Shown: one piece after another, positions 11,849 to 25,686 of the stretch
Layout: each line of letters opens with the position of its first letter
Numbering within the stretch: position 1 is the first letter of the stretch
Assembly: GCA_943704425.1 (NCBI GenBank)
Contig: CALSCP010001127.1
Span: 1 to 64,000 of the forward strand
Source: Ministeria vibrans ATCC 50519
Taxonomy: Eukaryota; Protista; Filasterea
DNA: 64,000 nucleotides
Direction of reading: 5' to 3'
Translations under genes and position numbers: made by a program
Notes under the pieces: model-generated
Databases searched by the model: none
What the model saw: only the letters and a program-made list of their open reading frames with translations
What the model was told of the DNA's origin: nothing

Positions 11849-13171
11849 ATGTCTTTAAAAGACCGCACGGGCGAGTTTCGATCGGCGGTGGCGTCGCTGC
11901 GGTCGAGGAAGGGTGTGCAGCAGAGTGCGCGCGCAAACGGACCGACGCGACACACAAAACACCTCGTACAGTTCACGCAGCTGGCGCGCAGTGTCGGCGC
12001 TGACATCACCAAGTCGTTTACCAAGCTCGACAAGCTCACAACGCGTACGTGGACGCTGTGAGATGCGAAAACACAGCTTTTTTATTTTTACCCTCTTTGT
12101 CGTGCACAACTGCCACGTTGCGGGTGGATCGACCGTCCCCTGTGTGGCGATGTGCACGCTGGTGCGCGTTCATTCCCCGACATTGCGTGTGTTTGTCTCA
12201 TTCACTCGTTTTTTGATTTTTTCATTTTGTGACTCTTTTTCGTTTTGCGTTTTGTCACCTTTTTCCGTTTTGACACATTTTTGTGTCTTTGCAGTTGCGA
12301 GAAGCAAGTCGCTCTTTGATGACAGACAACAGGAGATCCAGGAGCTGACATACATCATCAAGCAGGACATAGCGGCGCTGAACCAGCAGCTGCAGACGCT
12401 GCAGTCAATGCAGCGCAATGGCAAGACGACGCACAACGCACAGGAGAACCAGCATTCGACGGGCGTCGTCTTGTCGCTGCAAAACCGCCTTCAGTCCATG
12501 AGCGGTGACTTCAAGTCGGTGTTGGAACTGCGCACGGAGAATCTGAAGAACCAGAAGGAGCGTCGCGAGCAGTTTTCAACGTCGACTGGCGCACAACTCG
12601 ATTTGAGTAAGGAATGTTTGGTGAAGGAGAGAAGGAATGTTAACATTTGTGTGTGTGTGTAGGATCGAGTGTGATAGACACGGCATTGTCAGACGAACTA
12701 GGGAGTGGCAGTGGGGATGGGAGTAATGGGACTGGAGGGATGCAGTCGATGGCGGTGATGGTGCGACAGGATGAGACGTACCTGAGCTCACGCGCTGAGG
12801 CAGTACAGGGCATTGAGTCGGTGATTGTGGAGTTGGGAGGGATGATGCAGCAGTTGGCTCATATGGTTTCGGAGCAAGGAGAGCAAGTGAAAAGGTACTA
12901 AAATGCCATTCTCTCTTTTTGTGTCATTATCTGTTGTTACTCATGTGTCGTTCTGTGTTTGTCACTCATGTGCCGTTTTCTGTGTGTTGCTTATTTGTTG
13001 TCTTTTTATTACAGAATCGATGACAATGTGGATGAGATGGAGCAGAATGTCGAGCAGGCGCACGGTGAGCTTCTGAAGTACTTCTCGTCTGTCTCGTCCG
13101 ATCGGTGGCTCATGATCAAGGTCTTCCTTGTTCTTATTGTATTCTTTATTGTCTTTGTACTTCTGGCTTAA
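11849..13171 (+). CDS. STX5: Syntaxin-5 (Golgi Qa-SNARE), 4 exons
   Basis: N-terminal KDRTGEF motif, KSLFDDRQQEIQELTYIIKQDI, SNARE motif SRAEAVQGIESVIVELGGMMQQLAHMVSEQGE...RIDDNV, and C-terminal TM RWLMIKVFLVLIVFFIVFVLL. Confidence 0.95.
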
Positions 13172-13333
13172 TAAAATCCGTTTCGCTACTCTAATTTTAC
13201 ATAATTATTTTTAATCAAAACGGAATCAAAACAAAGTCTTTTTTCACATAAACAAGAGTGATTGATATCATTTTGTAAACTCACTCAACTCAGCTAACTG
13301 ACACTTCTTTCATCCATTGTGTCTCAAAGTGGC

Positions 13334-13735
13334 ATGAAACTGATAAGCGGCAGCGTGCGGGCACACGGCGGGGCGGTCTACGATGTGGATGGGGTGGTGG
13401 ACCGCGACGGGCGTCTCCAGGTGTTCCTGACGGCACAGGCGGAGCAGTGGCACGCTGCCTTCCAGCCCGAGTATGTCGAGGAGCTCACCCGCAAGACAGG
13501 AAGTGCTAAGGTGCGTGCGTCTGCTTCTCCCTTTGCAAATTCAATCAAACCCTCTTTGTGTGTGTGTGTGTGTGTGTGTGTGTTTTTTTTTTTGGTTTGG
13601 TAGACGTTTGACACATTCGTTGCAATGCTCGAATCGGCCGTGCAAGGACGAGATTCCTCCTCCGTGTCCCTGGAGATTCTCACTTCAGTAGATCTTGATC
13701 GATTGCGAGCGCAAAAGCGAGGTAGAGTGGCCGCA

Positions 13736-13771
<36 letters not shown>

Positions 13772-15133
13772 CGGTTTCGTCTCTGACTCTCTGTTTCACT
13801 GACAGGCTCTCGGTCAAACAGTCCCGCTTCATCATCTCAGAAGCGCTTTATCATTATGACCTACAGCACCACCTACGATCGAGTGCACTATCCCCTGCCG
13901 CTTGTGTACAGCGGACGACCCGACAGCGTCCGGTTACGACAGGAGTGCAATGCAATGCGACGCGAACTGCTGTCGGCGCGCGGTGCTGACACCGCTGGCT
14001 ATGTGCGAGCCGAGCAGCGCGACGAGATGGAGGCTGAAGTGGCTGCATTCAAGCGCATGTGTGTGCAGCTGACTGAAGAGAAGCGACAGTTGCAAGATGA
14101 GGTGCGCGAGTTGACGTCGCAACTGAGCGAAGTCAAGTCTCGCGCCGAATCAGCTGCTGCAGCGTCACCGGACAGTGGCGCCGGTGTCACACGAAAGGAG
14201 CTTCGAAGCATGCGCGAGCTCATTGCGCGTCTGGAACAGGAAGTGCTCGAGGAGAAGATGTCGCATAGGGCGGCACTGCGCAGCAAAGCGGAAGAGTGTG
14301 TGCGCGTAGCGCGGGAACTGGAAGAGGCGCGAGCGGAAGAGCGTCAGTTGCGTCGCCAGTTGTCGCATGTCACCCCAATTCCGTCACCCTCAGCAACAAC
14401 AACAACCGCATCTGTTGCTCGAAAGGACGGACCAGTGCGTCGCTCCGCGCGGACTCGCGCTCGTTCCAACTCTCTCGAATCCATCACATCCTCTCAATCT
14501 CGACACCGCAAGCCCAATCCACATGCAAACGAGACCAGCGCGCCTCGTCAGCACCATCGCGGTCGCAGTCGCACTCCAAAGGGTCTCCCACCCGCTTCGC
14601 CTCGCTTTGATCCGACGCAGTGGGTCCTTGAGCGCGATCAGCGTCGCGACCAGCTGAGACGCGAGAGACGCGAACGCGAGCGCAGTCGCAGTCGCAGTCG
14701 CAGTCGCGAACGCACGGCTGCTACTACCGCTCATCGGCTACCCGCCAGTCGCATCGCTCGCAGACCTGCAAGTGCCAGTGGTTACTGGAGTGACGACACA
14801 TCGAATGCGTCCGACTCCAGTGCTGGTCCTTCCCGCTCCCGCTCCCGTTCTCGCTCTCGTCCGTCTAATACTACTACTACTATTACTACTGCGCCGTTGC
14901 GTCGCTCTGCCTCTCCTGTCCCATCTCACCAAAGTGACAAGTCTCTCTTTGACTCGCTCTTTCCGTCTTCCTCTGCCAACTCACCCCTTCCCAATCAACA
15001 CCAACAGCGCCATACACAACCCACTCCTTCCACTGACGCACGTCGTGCCTACGAGGACGCTTCAGCCGACATTAGTGACATTGACACTCGTCTCAACCGA
15101 CTTCAGGCGTTTCTCCGTCAAGCCACTTTGTAA
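13334..15133 (+). CDS. CCDC61: CCDC61/VFL3 basal-body protein, 3 exons
   Basis: YVEELTRKTGSAK|TFDTFVAML, LEILTSVDL, KRFIIMTYSTTYDRVHYPLPL, coiled coil, RFDPTQWV, and C-terminal DIDTRLNRLQAFL. Confidence 0.9.
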
Positions 15134-15352
15134 AAATAATAATAATATTGCATCATTTTCTTTATACTACTTGGATATCTTAAACTCGTGCTTGTACATC
15201 GTTTCCTTGGCTCCGCGTGAGTCGTGATTCGTTTTAAGTCGTTAAACCCATCGCGGTTAATTATTATTATTTATTTTATTTATTCTTCAATTATTAACTT
15301 TCCGTTATTCTTACATTAGTAGTACCAGAAGCATACTGAAGTATTGCTGATC

Positions 15353-16045
15353 ATGCCCGTTGCGCTCGTGACCGGCTTCGAGCCATTTGGCATTCACGAA
15401 GAGAACCCGTCGCGTTTGATCGCGCGCGCTCTTGACGGCCATACAGTCGGCGATGGGGTGCAAATAGTCAGTGCCGAGCTGCCTGTCGAGTATGTCCCAG
15501 CTCAGCGGATCGTACCGGCGCTGTGGCAGCAGCATGCGCCCGATTTCGTGCTGCACATTGGCGTGGGACGCGACGGACCCGTCCGGCTGGAAACACTCGC
15601 TCACAACGGCGACTACACCCGCTTGGACAACACCAACAGCCCCGCAGCTGGGGCCGAGCACAAGTGCGTGGACGCTGACAGTGTGAGCGCCTCCACTGTT
15701 CTCAGAAGTAAGCGGGAACATAACACCAACAGTGTTTGTTTACATTTTGCGTTTGTGCTCTCCTCTGCTACAGCCACGATCGATGTCAAGGCAGCCTCGG
15801 CTGCTGTCAAATCAACCAGTGGTGTTCCTTGCGAAGTCTCCGAAAACGCAGGCCGCTACCTGTGTGAGTTTGTCTTCTTTTTGTCTCTCTATCAGTCGTC
15901 AATGGACAAGCGTGTTCCGGTTCTCTTCTGTCACGTCCCCCGCATCTCTGCCGACGCTCCGTACACCCTTCCGCACCTCATCTCCGCTGTTACTGCACTT
16001 CTCCAGCACATCACCACTTGCTCATCCTCACAGTCTGAGAGATAA
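15353..16045 (+). CDS. PGPEP1: Pyroglutamyl-peptidase I (peptidase C15)
   Basis: LVTGFEPFG, NPS, LPVEY, HIGV, RLE, AGRYLCEF (catalytic Cys) and FCHVP (His). One in-frame intron at about 15708-15773. Confidence 0.93.
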   Translation: MPVALVTGFEPFGIHEENPSRLIARALDGHTVGDGVQIVSAELPVEYVPAQRIVPALWQQHAPDFVLHIGVGRDGPVRLETLAHNGDYTRLDNTNSPAAGAEHKCVDADSVSASTVLRSKREHNTNSVCLHFAFVLSSATATIDVKAASAAVKSTSGVPCEVSENAGRYLCEFVFFLSLYQSSMDKRVPVLFCHVPRISADAPYTLPHLISAVTALLQHITTCSSSQSER

Positions 16046-16080
16046 TCGTGAATGAAACTTTTTACATACAAAGTTAAGAC

Positions 16081-19000
16081 TTAGTAACGAGGTCGCTTAG
16101 GCTCGGACGACGCTGGAGACGGAGCAGCGCCCTCGGGAGGGGAAAGTAAGCTGTTGGTGTCGGGCGAGACTGCGGAGTGGGGTGCACGACGTTTCTTGAC
16201 ACGTTGTTTGTTTGGATCAGTGATGTTGGAGACAAGGCCCTGAAACGAAGTGGGACCGGAGGGAGACGAAGAGGTGCCATTTGCAGTGCCGTGGGGTGGT
16301 ACAGGGTCAAGATTGGACGAGGACGAGGCGGACATGGGATGGTCATGAGCAAGATCAAAGTCACTGGTGGCGCCTGGGAGTCCAATGGCTTCGTGCAGTA
16401 GCCGCGAATTTGGTTGTGCCAGCAACGAGTCCATTCCATCCTGTACGCAAGAGAATGAGAAATGTGAGAGTGTTGATGTGTGTAATAAGCGTACGGCCAT
16501 GATGATGGAGTCCTCTCTGGGGTGTTGATAGTCTGTGGTTGTCGCTGTGGCTGGTGGGGCGACTGTGGGTGGACGGCTCTGGTGGAGGTGGGTGTTGTTG
16601 TGGTGGTGGTTAAGACCAAAGGCGTCTTGTGACGGTTCCATGAGAGGATGGTCTGAGCCGAGAATGGAGACGCGACGCAATCGCGATGGACTCGCTTTGA
16701 CTGTGGTTGTGGATGGTGTCGCTGTTGCGGCAGCGGCAGCGGCTGAAAATGCAGTTGGAATGAGTGTTGGCGTGGAGGCGATTGAGGGAAGGGCAGGAGA
16801 GGAAGGGACTGGAGAGAGAAGGGTAAGGACGGTTCTGCGAGGGGGTTTGGATCCAGGTGGTGGGTCAGGAGACACATGGGACGTTGCAGCTGTTGCTGCT
16901 GTTGTTGATGATGATGATGTGATATTGCGGATGGGAAGAGTGGGAGAGGAGGAAGAGGAGGTAGAGGGGGAAGTGAGAGTCTGTTGTTGTTGTAGTTGCG
17001 CTGACAAAGGGTGAGCCCAAACAGCTGTGACGCCATGTGGACCCACCATAGGCACAAGAGTTGCTTCACCATTTGTTTGGTGCTGCTGTTGTTCAACAGC
17101 CGCTGCAGAGGTGATCCAGTCATAGTGGAGTTGAAACAGTACAGGTCGTCCAAGGTGCACAAACACATCGCCAATTGTGCGCATCTCTAAGGGTGCCGAG
17201 TCGCTCATAGACGGCGCATAAAACTATACCCAAATAGAATGGTCAGGAACTGTCGACTCCAGTTCATACATACTTACTCTTAAACGGCCGTGGCAGAGCG
17301 ACACACCATTGCGTGACCATTTTTTGGTCAAAAAGGTGCGCAGAGAGTCAAAGGTCTTGGAGGATTTGACGGAAAGCTCAAGGAAAGCATTGTGGCCAGA
17401 GGACATTAAAAGTGACTGGACATGGGGACAGCGAGGTATGAGCTGGACGACACAACGAGAATCGGCAGCAGCAGCAGTAGTAGTAGTGGTGGTGGTGGTG
17501 GTGCGAGTGCGGGGGTGGCGTGTTGACGGTGGCGCTGTTTGCGACGTGCCGTCGCGAGGACACACGGCGAGGTTGTGTTGCTCGAGCCACTGTTTGACGG
17601 AGTGCAAATTGAATGCCTTGCTGGTGGGGGCAGATGAGGTTGATGCACCAGTCAATGCAGGCGTTGCCGATTTGGACTTGGCGGCGGATGATGCTGCGCT
17701 TGTGTGTGCGGCGGTGCTACTGTTGGCGTTTGTGGGGATGCCATACGATGATGCACTGCTGCCATTTGTAGTAGTAGTTGGGGTGTTATGGTACACAAAG
17801 GGAGCGCCCGTCCCGTTGGCAGTGACACGCCCTGCGGAGGCAATCCCGGAAGACCCATTGGAGAATGAGGAGGCGGCAGCGGCCAAGGTGGCAGCGGGCA
17901 TGGAAGAAGGTGCAGTAGCACTGTTGACGCCGGGAAATGCACCAACGCCATTTGTGGGCGCCGTACGACTTGCTGTGGTCGCTTTCACACGCACAATGAC
18001 AGGTTTGCTATCGCGCGATTTGTACTGGCACGAGCCCGTTTCGTACAATTGGCGAAACAGTCGCTGAAAGGTCTTGCGACGTGTTGCAGCGCCCTTCTCG
18101 CTTGCGTTACCCCCATGATGTGCAAGCTTGATCCGCAACGCCAAGAAACTACGTACAGCACGTAATTCATCGTGATGTTTGGTGGTAGTAGCAGTTGCAG
18201 CAGTAGTAGACGTTGCAGCAGTAGTAGCGGTGTTCGTGGTGATAGCAGCATCTCCATCCGTCTCCAAGTCCGAATCGGACGCTGTCGCCTCGGGAACCGT
18301 CACCGCACCGCCAGTCGCAGTGGATGCTGACGAAGAAGTAGTCGTCGTGGTAGTAGTTGCAGTAGCAGCAGCGGTAGCAGCAGTTGCAGCAGCAGCAGCA
18401 GCAGCGGTAGCCGCCGCCGCCGCCGCCGCCGCCGCCGCAGCAGCAGCAGAGCTTTCGTTACTCTCGACATCCTCGACAAGCCACCGTCTCGACTTTTTGG
18501 CCAGTCGGTAAAAGTAATGGTACACCTGAGCAACGTCGCGCGACGGCACCTTGGCGTTGATCTTCTCAAAGTCTTTGCCATACACATCCAATGCTTTCAG
18601 GAACTTCTGCTCCTCGTCCGTCGTCCATGGCTTCTTGACAGTGTCTGCAAGAAGTCGACAGAAACAGCCATAAGATGATTCGAGTGAGTGTGAGCGGATT
18701 CAGAGGGCCGGAACGAGCAAGGCGTGCGTCTCAGTCACAGGGGTACAGCTGGTTTTCACCGCCAGAGAGTGTGCAACAGGTAAAAAAAGCGTCAGACACG
18801 CCGTGTGAGGGAAAGTGGTAAAAAAGAAATCCAAGTTTTTGGCGCGACACCAAAAACAGCGCCATTTGCAAGATACAGCTCAAACGAGGATCGCGCCGAA
18901 GCCATAGTGGCGGAAAGCGTTACACTAAGCCGTACCACATGAAGGCGATACGCAATACGGCCGCGGGAAGCCTCACGAGGTGAAGGAAGCAGTTCGGGTT

Positions 19001-19202
19001 GACAACTTGTCAAAAGTGCAACACAAAAAAAACACACTCTCTCTCACAGACACGAGAGGCAAAGCAACTTGCCGGAGCGCACAACCAAGACGCTAGAGAT
19101 ACCTGACTGCGACCGTGTCGACACGCGCTTGGCCTTCTTCTTGGCACCGTTGGCTTGGGTCACGGCTGGCACGGCCGGAAGGGGCGCAGGGGCGTCACTC
19201 AT
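16081..19202 (-). CDS. CRAMP1: Cramped/CRAMP1-like SANT-domain chromatin protein
   Basis: Exon 1 at 19202 to about 19103 (MSDAPAP...KKKAKR). SANT KPWTTDEEQKFLKALDVYGKDFEKI...QVYHYFYR. Second conserved block VVQLIPR...HNAFLELSV...FLTKKW. Confidence 0.75.
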
Positions 19203-19385
19203 CCCCGACGAAGCAACAGAGACACAGAGAGAAGGGTTGACGAGAGGGGTTGACGAGCAAACGGACCAGAAGCAGTTTCAGACGAAGATATTTGATGATG
19301 GATTTTGGTGTATTTGGCTGATCGCGGAATTCATTGTAATTCTTCGTCACTCGAATAGGTCAATAGGCTTCTGGCTAGACTCTGA

Positions 19386-19727
19386 CAATGGTCAGAACTT
19401 GCAGGACTACAACTGAAGTTGTTTCATCAAGTGTGGACGGTCGTGCGAACCCGTTTTATCGACGATTGGATTTGCGCGACGGTCAAAGCGTCGCAACAAG
19501 AGTATCAGCTTGTGAATGTTGGAGCGGGGCTGGACACGCGTGCCTTCCGCATGAGCTGCCTTGGTGAGTCACCATCCTCGACAGCCCTGTGGGAGGTCGA
19601 CCTGCCCGCTGTAAACGACGTCAAAGCGGACATTCTCTCCCGCCTCAAGCCACAGGCGCTCTGCTCCCGCCACGGCGACCGAGCGTGTCGAGCGCGACTG
19701 TCTTTTGGTCGTACCCACTTCGTGTGA
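19386..19727 (+). pseudogene. Fragment of an LCMT/ML2640-type SAM-dependent methyltransferase
   Basis: VRTRFIDD, QLVNVGAGLDTRAFRM and WEVDLPAV. An in-frame TGA lies just upstream, there is no in-frame ATG, and the C-terminal half is not recognisable. Confidence 0.55.
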
Positions 19728-19970
19728 CGATCAGCGCGTACTGCTGGCCCCGCGAGCGGCCGAGCGCGTGCCCTTGTTGTCGCCCGATGATGATGACATG
19801 GCGTTAATGGTAGGTTTGATAGTACTCTGTGAGGTTGTAATGTGAAAGCAAAATAATATTGAATACTATTTATACTAATAATTTTTAATAATAATAATAA
19901 TTAATTTTCGTCCACCGACCCAAATAATAAAAACGACACCATTTCAATTTTTTTTGTCACCCGCTTCACC

Positions 19971-21574
19971 ATGACCACTGTTGAGGGAGTCAAACACGAA
20001 AGTACATGCAGAGAGACGCCCAAATCAGTGGTGGAGTTTGTGGAACTTTGCAAGGCAAAATGCAAAGGATACGATCGCCGTATTCATTCGTGCCGTCTTC
20101 GACTCGCGACGTATTTCCTTCTCGAAGCGCTGAAAGAGGGCCACGACCTCTACGGAGCAACCAGGGATGCAGGGTGTCTGTCACGCATTGGTCTGTCTAT
20201 TGAGGAGCTGCAGGGCCAGGCGGAGGGCGGCGAGCCAGAGGGCGTTCAGACGCAGGATGTTGCCGCGCTCGTCCAGTATGGAAAGTTTCTGGCCGATCTG
20301 CTGCTTGAAGCCGACAACAAGACCGTGTCGCTCTTGGCCGAAAAGTTTCCTTCAGTGGTCATTCGCAACATTCTGGCTGCCGATTGCCCTTTCAAGGCGG
20401 AGAAAGGCCAGGAGAAATTTTTGTCGGAATATCGTGGGTCGGCTGAGCGAGCGCTCGAACGCGTCGCTCTCGTTGCCAACAAAGACATCATTGTGACCAG
20501 CACCCTTCTGGAGCACCTCTTCCAACTGTGCGCTGCGTCGACAGTGCGCCCGGTCGTCGTGAAAATTTACACGACTCTGATGCTACAGTTTCAGGCGGAA
20601 AAAGTTCCCGCGCTCGTCAAGCACCACAATATTGCAACTACTCAAGAAGCTGATTTGGCCATGAAGGCGGCGAGTCTACAAAAGGGTATTAATGGCCTTG
20701 CTCCCTCCGCTGTTTACAAGAAATCCGTCACCACTCGTCTCATCTCGAAGTTGATTGAAGTGTTTTTGACATTCCCACCTGGCAGCAAACGCCGCGACAC
20801 GATTCTCAAACGGTCCCAATACTTTGTCCCGGTAGGAGAAAAGAGAAAACATGTTATAATCATAGAAAGAGAAAGATTCATAATAATAACAAATAATTAT
20901 AATATAATTATTATTATTATTATTATTATTATTATAATTATTATAATTATTTTGTTATTTATATGGTGACAGAGGAAAAAAATAATTCAGTATTAATTTT
21001 TTGTTTTCTTTTATCAGCTTCTCAAGGTGGGCATCCGAGTGATTCGCCAAGACCAGCGTCTGGTGGCAACAATGGTGGATTATCGTTTTATGGCGATGTT
21101 GTTTGAGCAAATGTCGTGCTCAATGACTTCTGCCCACGAAGAAATCATTCTTGTCGCTCTACGCCTGATTGACGAGGTGTTGCTGGTGAATCGGCGGTTG
21201 GATTACGAAGATGTTTGGGACGAAGATATTCGGGGAAAAATTTGTTGCTATAGCTCTCTCTTTGGTCTTTCACATCGGCGACATTTCCTGCAGCGTTGCT
21301 TTGGTCTTATTCTGGCGGTAAAACCCATGCAATAATATAATAATAATAATTAATGGTATATTAATTATTTGTATTATCATATAATTATTATGTATCTCAT
21401 ATATAGGGCGTCAAAAAAAATATGCGTCATATGTCGCGCATGCTGAAAGAGCACCTGCGGCACATTTCTTTTGCGATTGCAAGCTTCTGTGGCCTCGAGC
21501 GGAATCGTGCGACAGTCGATGCGATCAACGGAGTATTCAGCGACCATTCGCGATACTGGAGCTATAAGGAAAAT
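19971..21574 (+). CDS. Uncharacterised helical protein, at least 3 exons, running into an assembly gap
   Basis: Coding-like exons 19971 to about 20831, about 21018-21330 and about 21408-21574, separated by AT-rich introns. No recognised motif. Confidence 0.6.
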
Positions 21575-21756
21575 NNNNNNNNNNNNNNNNNNNNNNNNNN
21601 NNNNNNNNNNNNNNNNNNNNNNNNNNNNNNNNNNNNNNNNNNNNNNNNNNNNNNNNNNNNNNNNNNNNNNNNNNNNNNNNNNNNNNNNNNNNNNNNNNTT
21701 CAATAATAATTAATTCTAAATAATTAATAATTAATTTATTATTATACTTTACTGAC

Positions 21757-23874
21757 ATGAAACGACATCAGTCGGACAGGTGGGCGAACGCTATCAAGCG
21801 ATTGAATGGGCCCCGGCCCGTTCTTTTTTGTTCGTCTCATAGCAACGCAATTTGTGTTCTGAGTAGAGACCGAGAGCGGCGCCCAATCCGATACACATGC
21901 TGTCACTCCAACACTATTGCCGATGTGCTTGAAGCTCGAGGCTGGCAAAGCGTCGGGTGGCAGACTGGGGCGTACGTCGAGATCTCAAGGAGACAACACC
22001 GCACAAGCAACGTTTTAACCATTTTAATGCACTCGTCTCTCGTTATCGCTCGCCTCAGGACCGACTGGGACCTAGGTTGGATGGACATTGCATGGATCCG
22101 AGAGTCCATGGACAAGACACACTTGCACGAGCACCAGCGAGTCAATCACTTTCGAAACCATTTCGAGCTGACCAAAAAGAATCTCATGTTTAAAAACATC
22201 AAACGCCACCGCCGTCTGGTCGAAAGGGATGACGGCAAAGAGGCCGCTGTCGAGTTTGACATCATCCCCACGACCTTTGAGCTGCCTGCCGAGTACGCCA
22301 TGTTTGTCGAGGAGTTCAAGCGATGTCCGTCAACACCGTGGATCATGAAGCCCGTCGGAAGTAGCCAAGGGAAAGGTTGATCGGTGAAATATATATATTC
22401 TTGAAGGAGAACATCTGTTAACCATTTATGTATTAATATTATAGGCATCTTTCTCATCAACAAGCTCAGTCAAATTCAAGAATGGAAGCGTGACAGTCGC
22501 TTCAGTGGACCCAGTTCAACCGCAGCAACCACAACCGCAGGCGCTGTCACATCGCCCGACACACCTCCCGTCCAGCCCAACTACATTGTTCAACGTTACA
22601 TTCCTCACCCCTACCTCATTGGTAATCCGCAGCAATAATAATTTAATTATAATAATAATATTTTTTGAGTTTTTGATGACCATGATCAATAATTAATATT
22701 ATACTATTCAGGCGGCAAAAAGTTTGACCTTCGAGTGTATGTGCTTGTGCTGTCGTTCACTCCGCTGACGGTCTGGATCCACCGCTGTGGCTTTGCCCGC
22801 TTTACAGGCACTCCTTACTCGGCTGATCTCTCTCAACTTGACAATGTTTGTACGGCGTCGACGACCGTTCCCTCAAAAAAGTTTAATTTTTGCGTGTGTG
22901 TCAACGTCTCATTTTGGTGTCTGCTGGTAGATATGCATTTGACGAACAATGCGATTCAGAAGACGTCAGCGGACTACAACGCAGAAGGAGCAAAGTGGTC
23001 GTTGCACCAGCTGAGACTCTATCTGATGGCCCGACATGGACACAGTAATTAATTATATTATATCAATTCTATTATCTTTCGTAGAGTTGACATTGATTGG
23101 CTTGTGATGGACTGCCAACTATTTTGAATTGATTAATATTGACGTTGGGACTCACTGTGACGGACTGCGCAGATTGAATCAATTTACACCATACCTAATT
23201 ACTGTTGTATTGTAGAGAGGACAGTGGAGGTGTTCAATGCTATGCAGGATACCATTGTAGCGAGTCTCAAGAGTGTCCAGCGAGTCATCATAAGCGACAA
23301 GCACTGTTTTGAGCTGTATGGGTTTGATCTGCTGTTGGACTCAAAGCTCAAGTGTTGGCTCATTGAGGTACCAAACTGGAAGCAAGCTGTGACGTTTTCT
23401 ATTCTGCTTTGTCGAATCAATATTAACTCGTCTGGTTCTTGTGCCTTCCGTTTCGGATTCATCTAGGTCAATTCGTCTCCGTCACTCAGTGCGTCCTCTG
23501 CCACTGACTACGCGCTCAAATTTGGACTGCTTGACGACACCTTGCGCGTCATTGATATGGAAGGGCGTTACGCCCACTCCCGCACAACGCACTCCCACTC
23601 ACAGTCCGACTCTGCGTGTGACTTGGAGCCGACGCGCATTGGCTGCTTCGATCGGATGTGTTTCGCGGAAGACAAGTCCATTATCGGCGATTCAATGATG
23701 GGACTGAAAGAACACCGACCGGACGACGGAGACGTCCTCCAATTCGATCGAGCAAAGATCCAACGGAAGTTTGCTCAAGTCACAAGTGAGACGACGAATG
23801 GGGAGCGTGCAAAGGAGCAAGAAACGAGAAGAACTACTGGGGGTGCCTGTGAAACGACTGAGCCCAACGAATGA
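21757..23874 (+). CDS. TTLL9: Tubulin polyglutamylase TTLL9-like (start uncertain)
   Basis: [108 protein letters not shown]. Confidence 0.9.
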
Positions 23875-23922
23875 CATGAGGGAAGCAAACGATGTCGAAA
23901 AAGGTGTGTGAAAGTGAGCTTG

Positions 23923-24658
23923 TTAGGTTTGAGTGTACAATTGGTCATATTGCGTCTGGGTGGTGTCGGACGGAAAGAAACGCGAAAAGGGCGCGGACGG
24001 GTCGCGCGCAGCAGTCTCATACGCTAGCAGACGCTCAGCATACGATTCATGGTCATACTACAAATAGGAGAGAGAGAAAGAATGTATGAGAATAAGACAA
24101 TAAATTTCAAAATAAGTATAATGGGTACATTGTAAGGGATTGTTCCGCCGTATCGCTCTTCCAGCTGATCGCGGTCAATGTACTTGAGCAAATCCTCGTC
24201 GCTTGTACAGAAAAACAGCTTGTCTTTCGTCTTGGGGTCCAGAAACGCTAAATACATATAATAATATTATTATAATATTATTAGGAACACAAAACACAAT
24301 ACTATCTATCGTACGAGAGACTGCTTTGAAGGCCATTCGGAAGACCCAGGGCGCATTCAAATACAAAGCCTGTGCTCGAAATAGAAGGGGGTGAGCTTCG
24401 GGGGTTCAGACACGAAAGGTATTCTTTACCTTTCCCAGTCGCTCGGGAAAGTGATTTTGGAGCGTCTTGACAAGGTCAATGGCAAAGGCAATGCTTCCGT
24501 TGTAGTGCATGTTGTAACCGCCCAAGTCGCACAACCACGTCATCTTCTCCACACCCTCGCGCTGACTCATAGACCAACTCGCCTGTTCAATGTTGTATAC
24601 CATAAAGTGAAGCTAAAGAGAGAGAAAAAAGAAAGAGAAAGAAACGAAGCGACAAAAA

Positions 24659-24757
<99 letters not shown>

Positions 24758-25463
24758 AAGAAACAAAATAAAATTACTATTAGTGACAAAAGAGGGGAAG
24801 AAGGGATGGAGAAAGAAACAACAAAGTGAACCGGGTTTTATAATACCTTTTCTTTGTTGGTCTTCTTCACATCGTGCTGGTGCGTTCCCAGTACAATGAC
24901 GGGTCGTTTGTTGCGATCGTATCCATGCGAGTACATCTTCCCCTCGGACATGAGGTCGTTAATGTACTCGTCCTACACACCCAAACAAAGCGTGCGCAGT
25001 CAACGAGCAACACAACACACAACACACAGCGCAACACAACAACACAACACATCAAACGTACTTTAATTGACAATTCGTCGATTTTCTCGTCGTCACGCCA
25101 CTGAAGAGTCGCTCGCAACATACGCGTACTCTTCACCAGATTGTAGTCGCGCGCGCGCAAATAGCGCAGAAGTGTCATATCATCGCAAAACTTGCGGTCC
25201 TACAATCCAATAATAAAATAATTAACATCTCTCTCTCTCTCTCTTTGCGCAAAGCCGCTGCAGCGCACCAAGTCAGTCAAGACGCGAGTGGTCTGGTCGC
25301 TCTCGACAATCCCGTCGTCCTCAGGCGTGCCAGACCCGCCCACCCGCGCAATGAAGGCAGCGTCGTCCGACAGCCGTCCCGAGGCCACCAGGCGCCGCAG
25401 CGCGTCAAACGCCGCAGCTTGCTCCTCCGTCAGACCTTCCCGCGGGTTGAACGCTTCACTCAT
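23923..25463 (-). CDS. CRAL-TRIO/Sec14-like lipid transfer protein (PDR16-like)
   Basis: LLRYLRARDYNL...TLQWR, GYDRNKRPVI, LQNHFPERLGK, NAPWVF, FLDPKTKDK, and YGGTIPYN spliced to YDHESY. TAA at 23923-23925. Confidence 0.88.
24662..24753. repeat. (GA)n intronic microsatellite
   Basis: Direct reading of the sequence. Confidence 0.95.
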
Positions 25464-25686
25464 GACCGTTGCTTGATTGATATCAGTTATTTCTGTGATT
25501 TTTCAAACTCTTTCGAATTGAATGATCGAAAATTATTATAGGATTTACTCAACACGACTGAAATTATTGCGTCGCTCTGGTTTGGGTTCTTGGACCTTGC
25601 TCAAACATGTGTTTGCTTCTATTGTTGTATTCACTTCGCTCTCTATACAAAAAAATCTCTCTCTCAAAAAACCCAAACAAAAGGCA

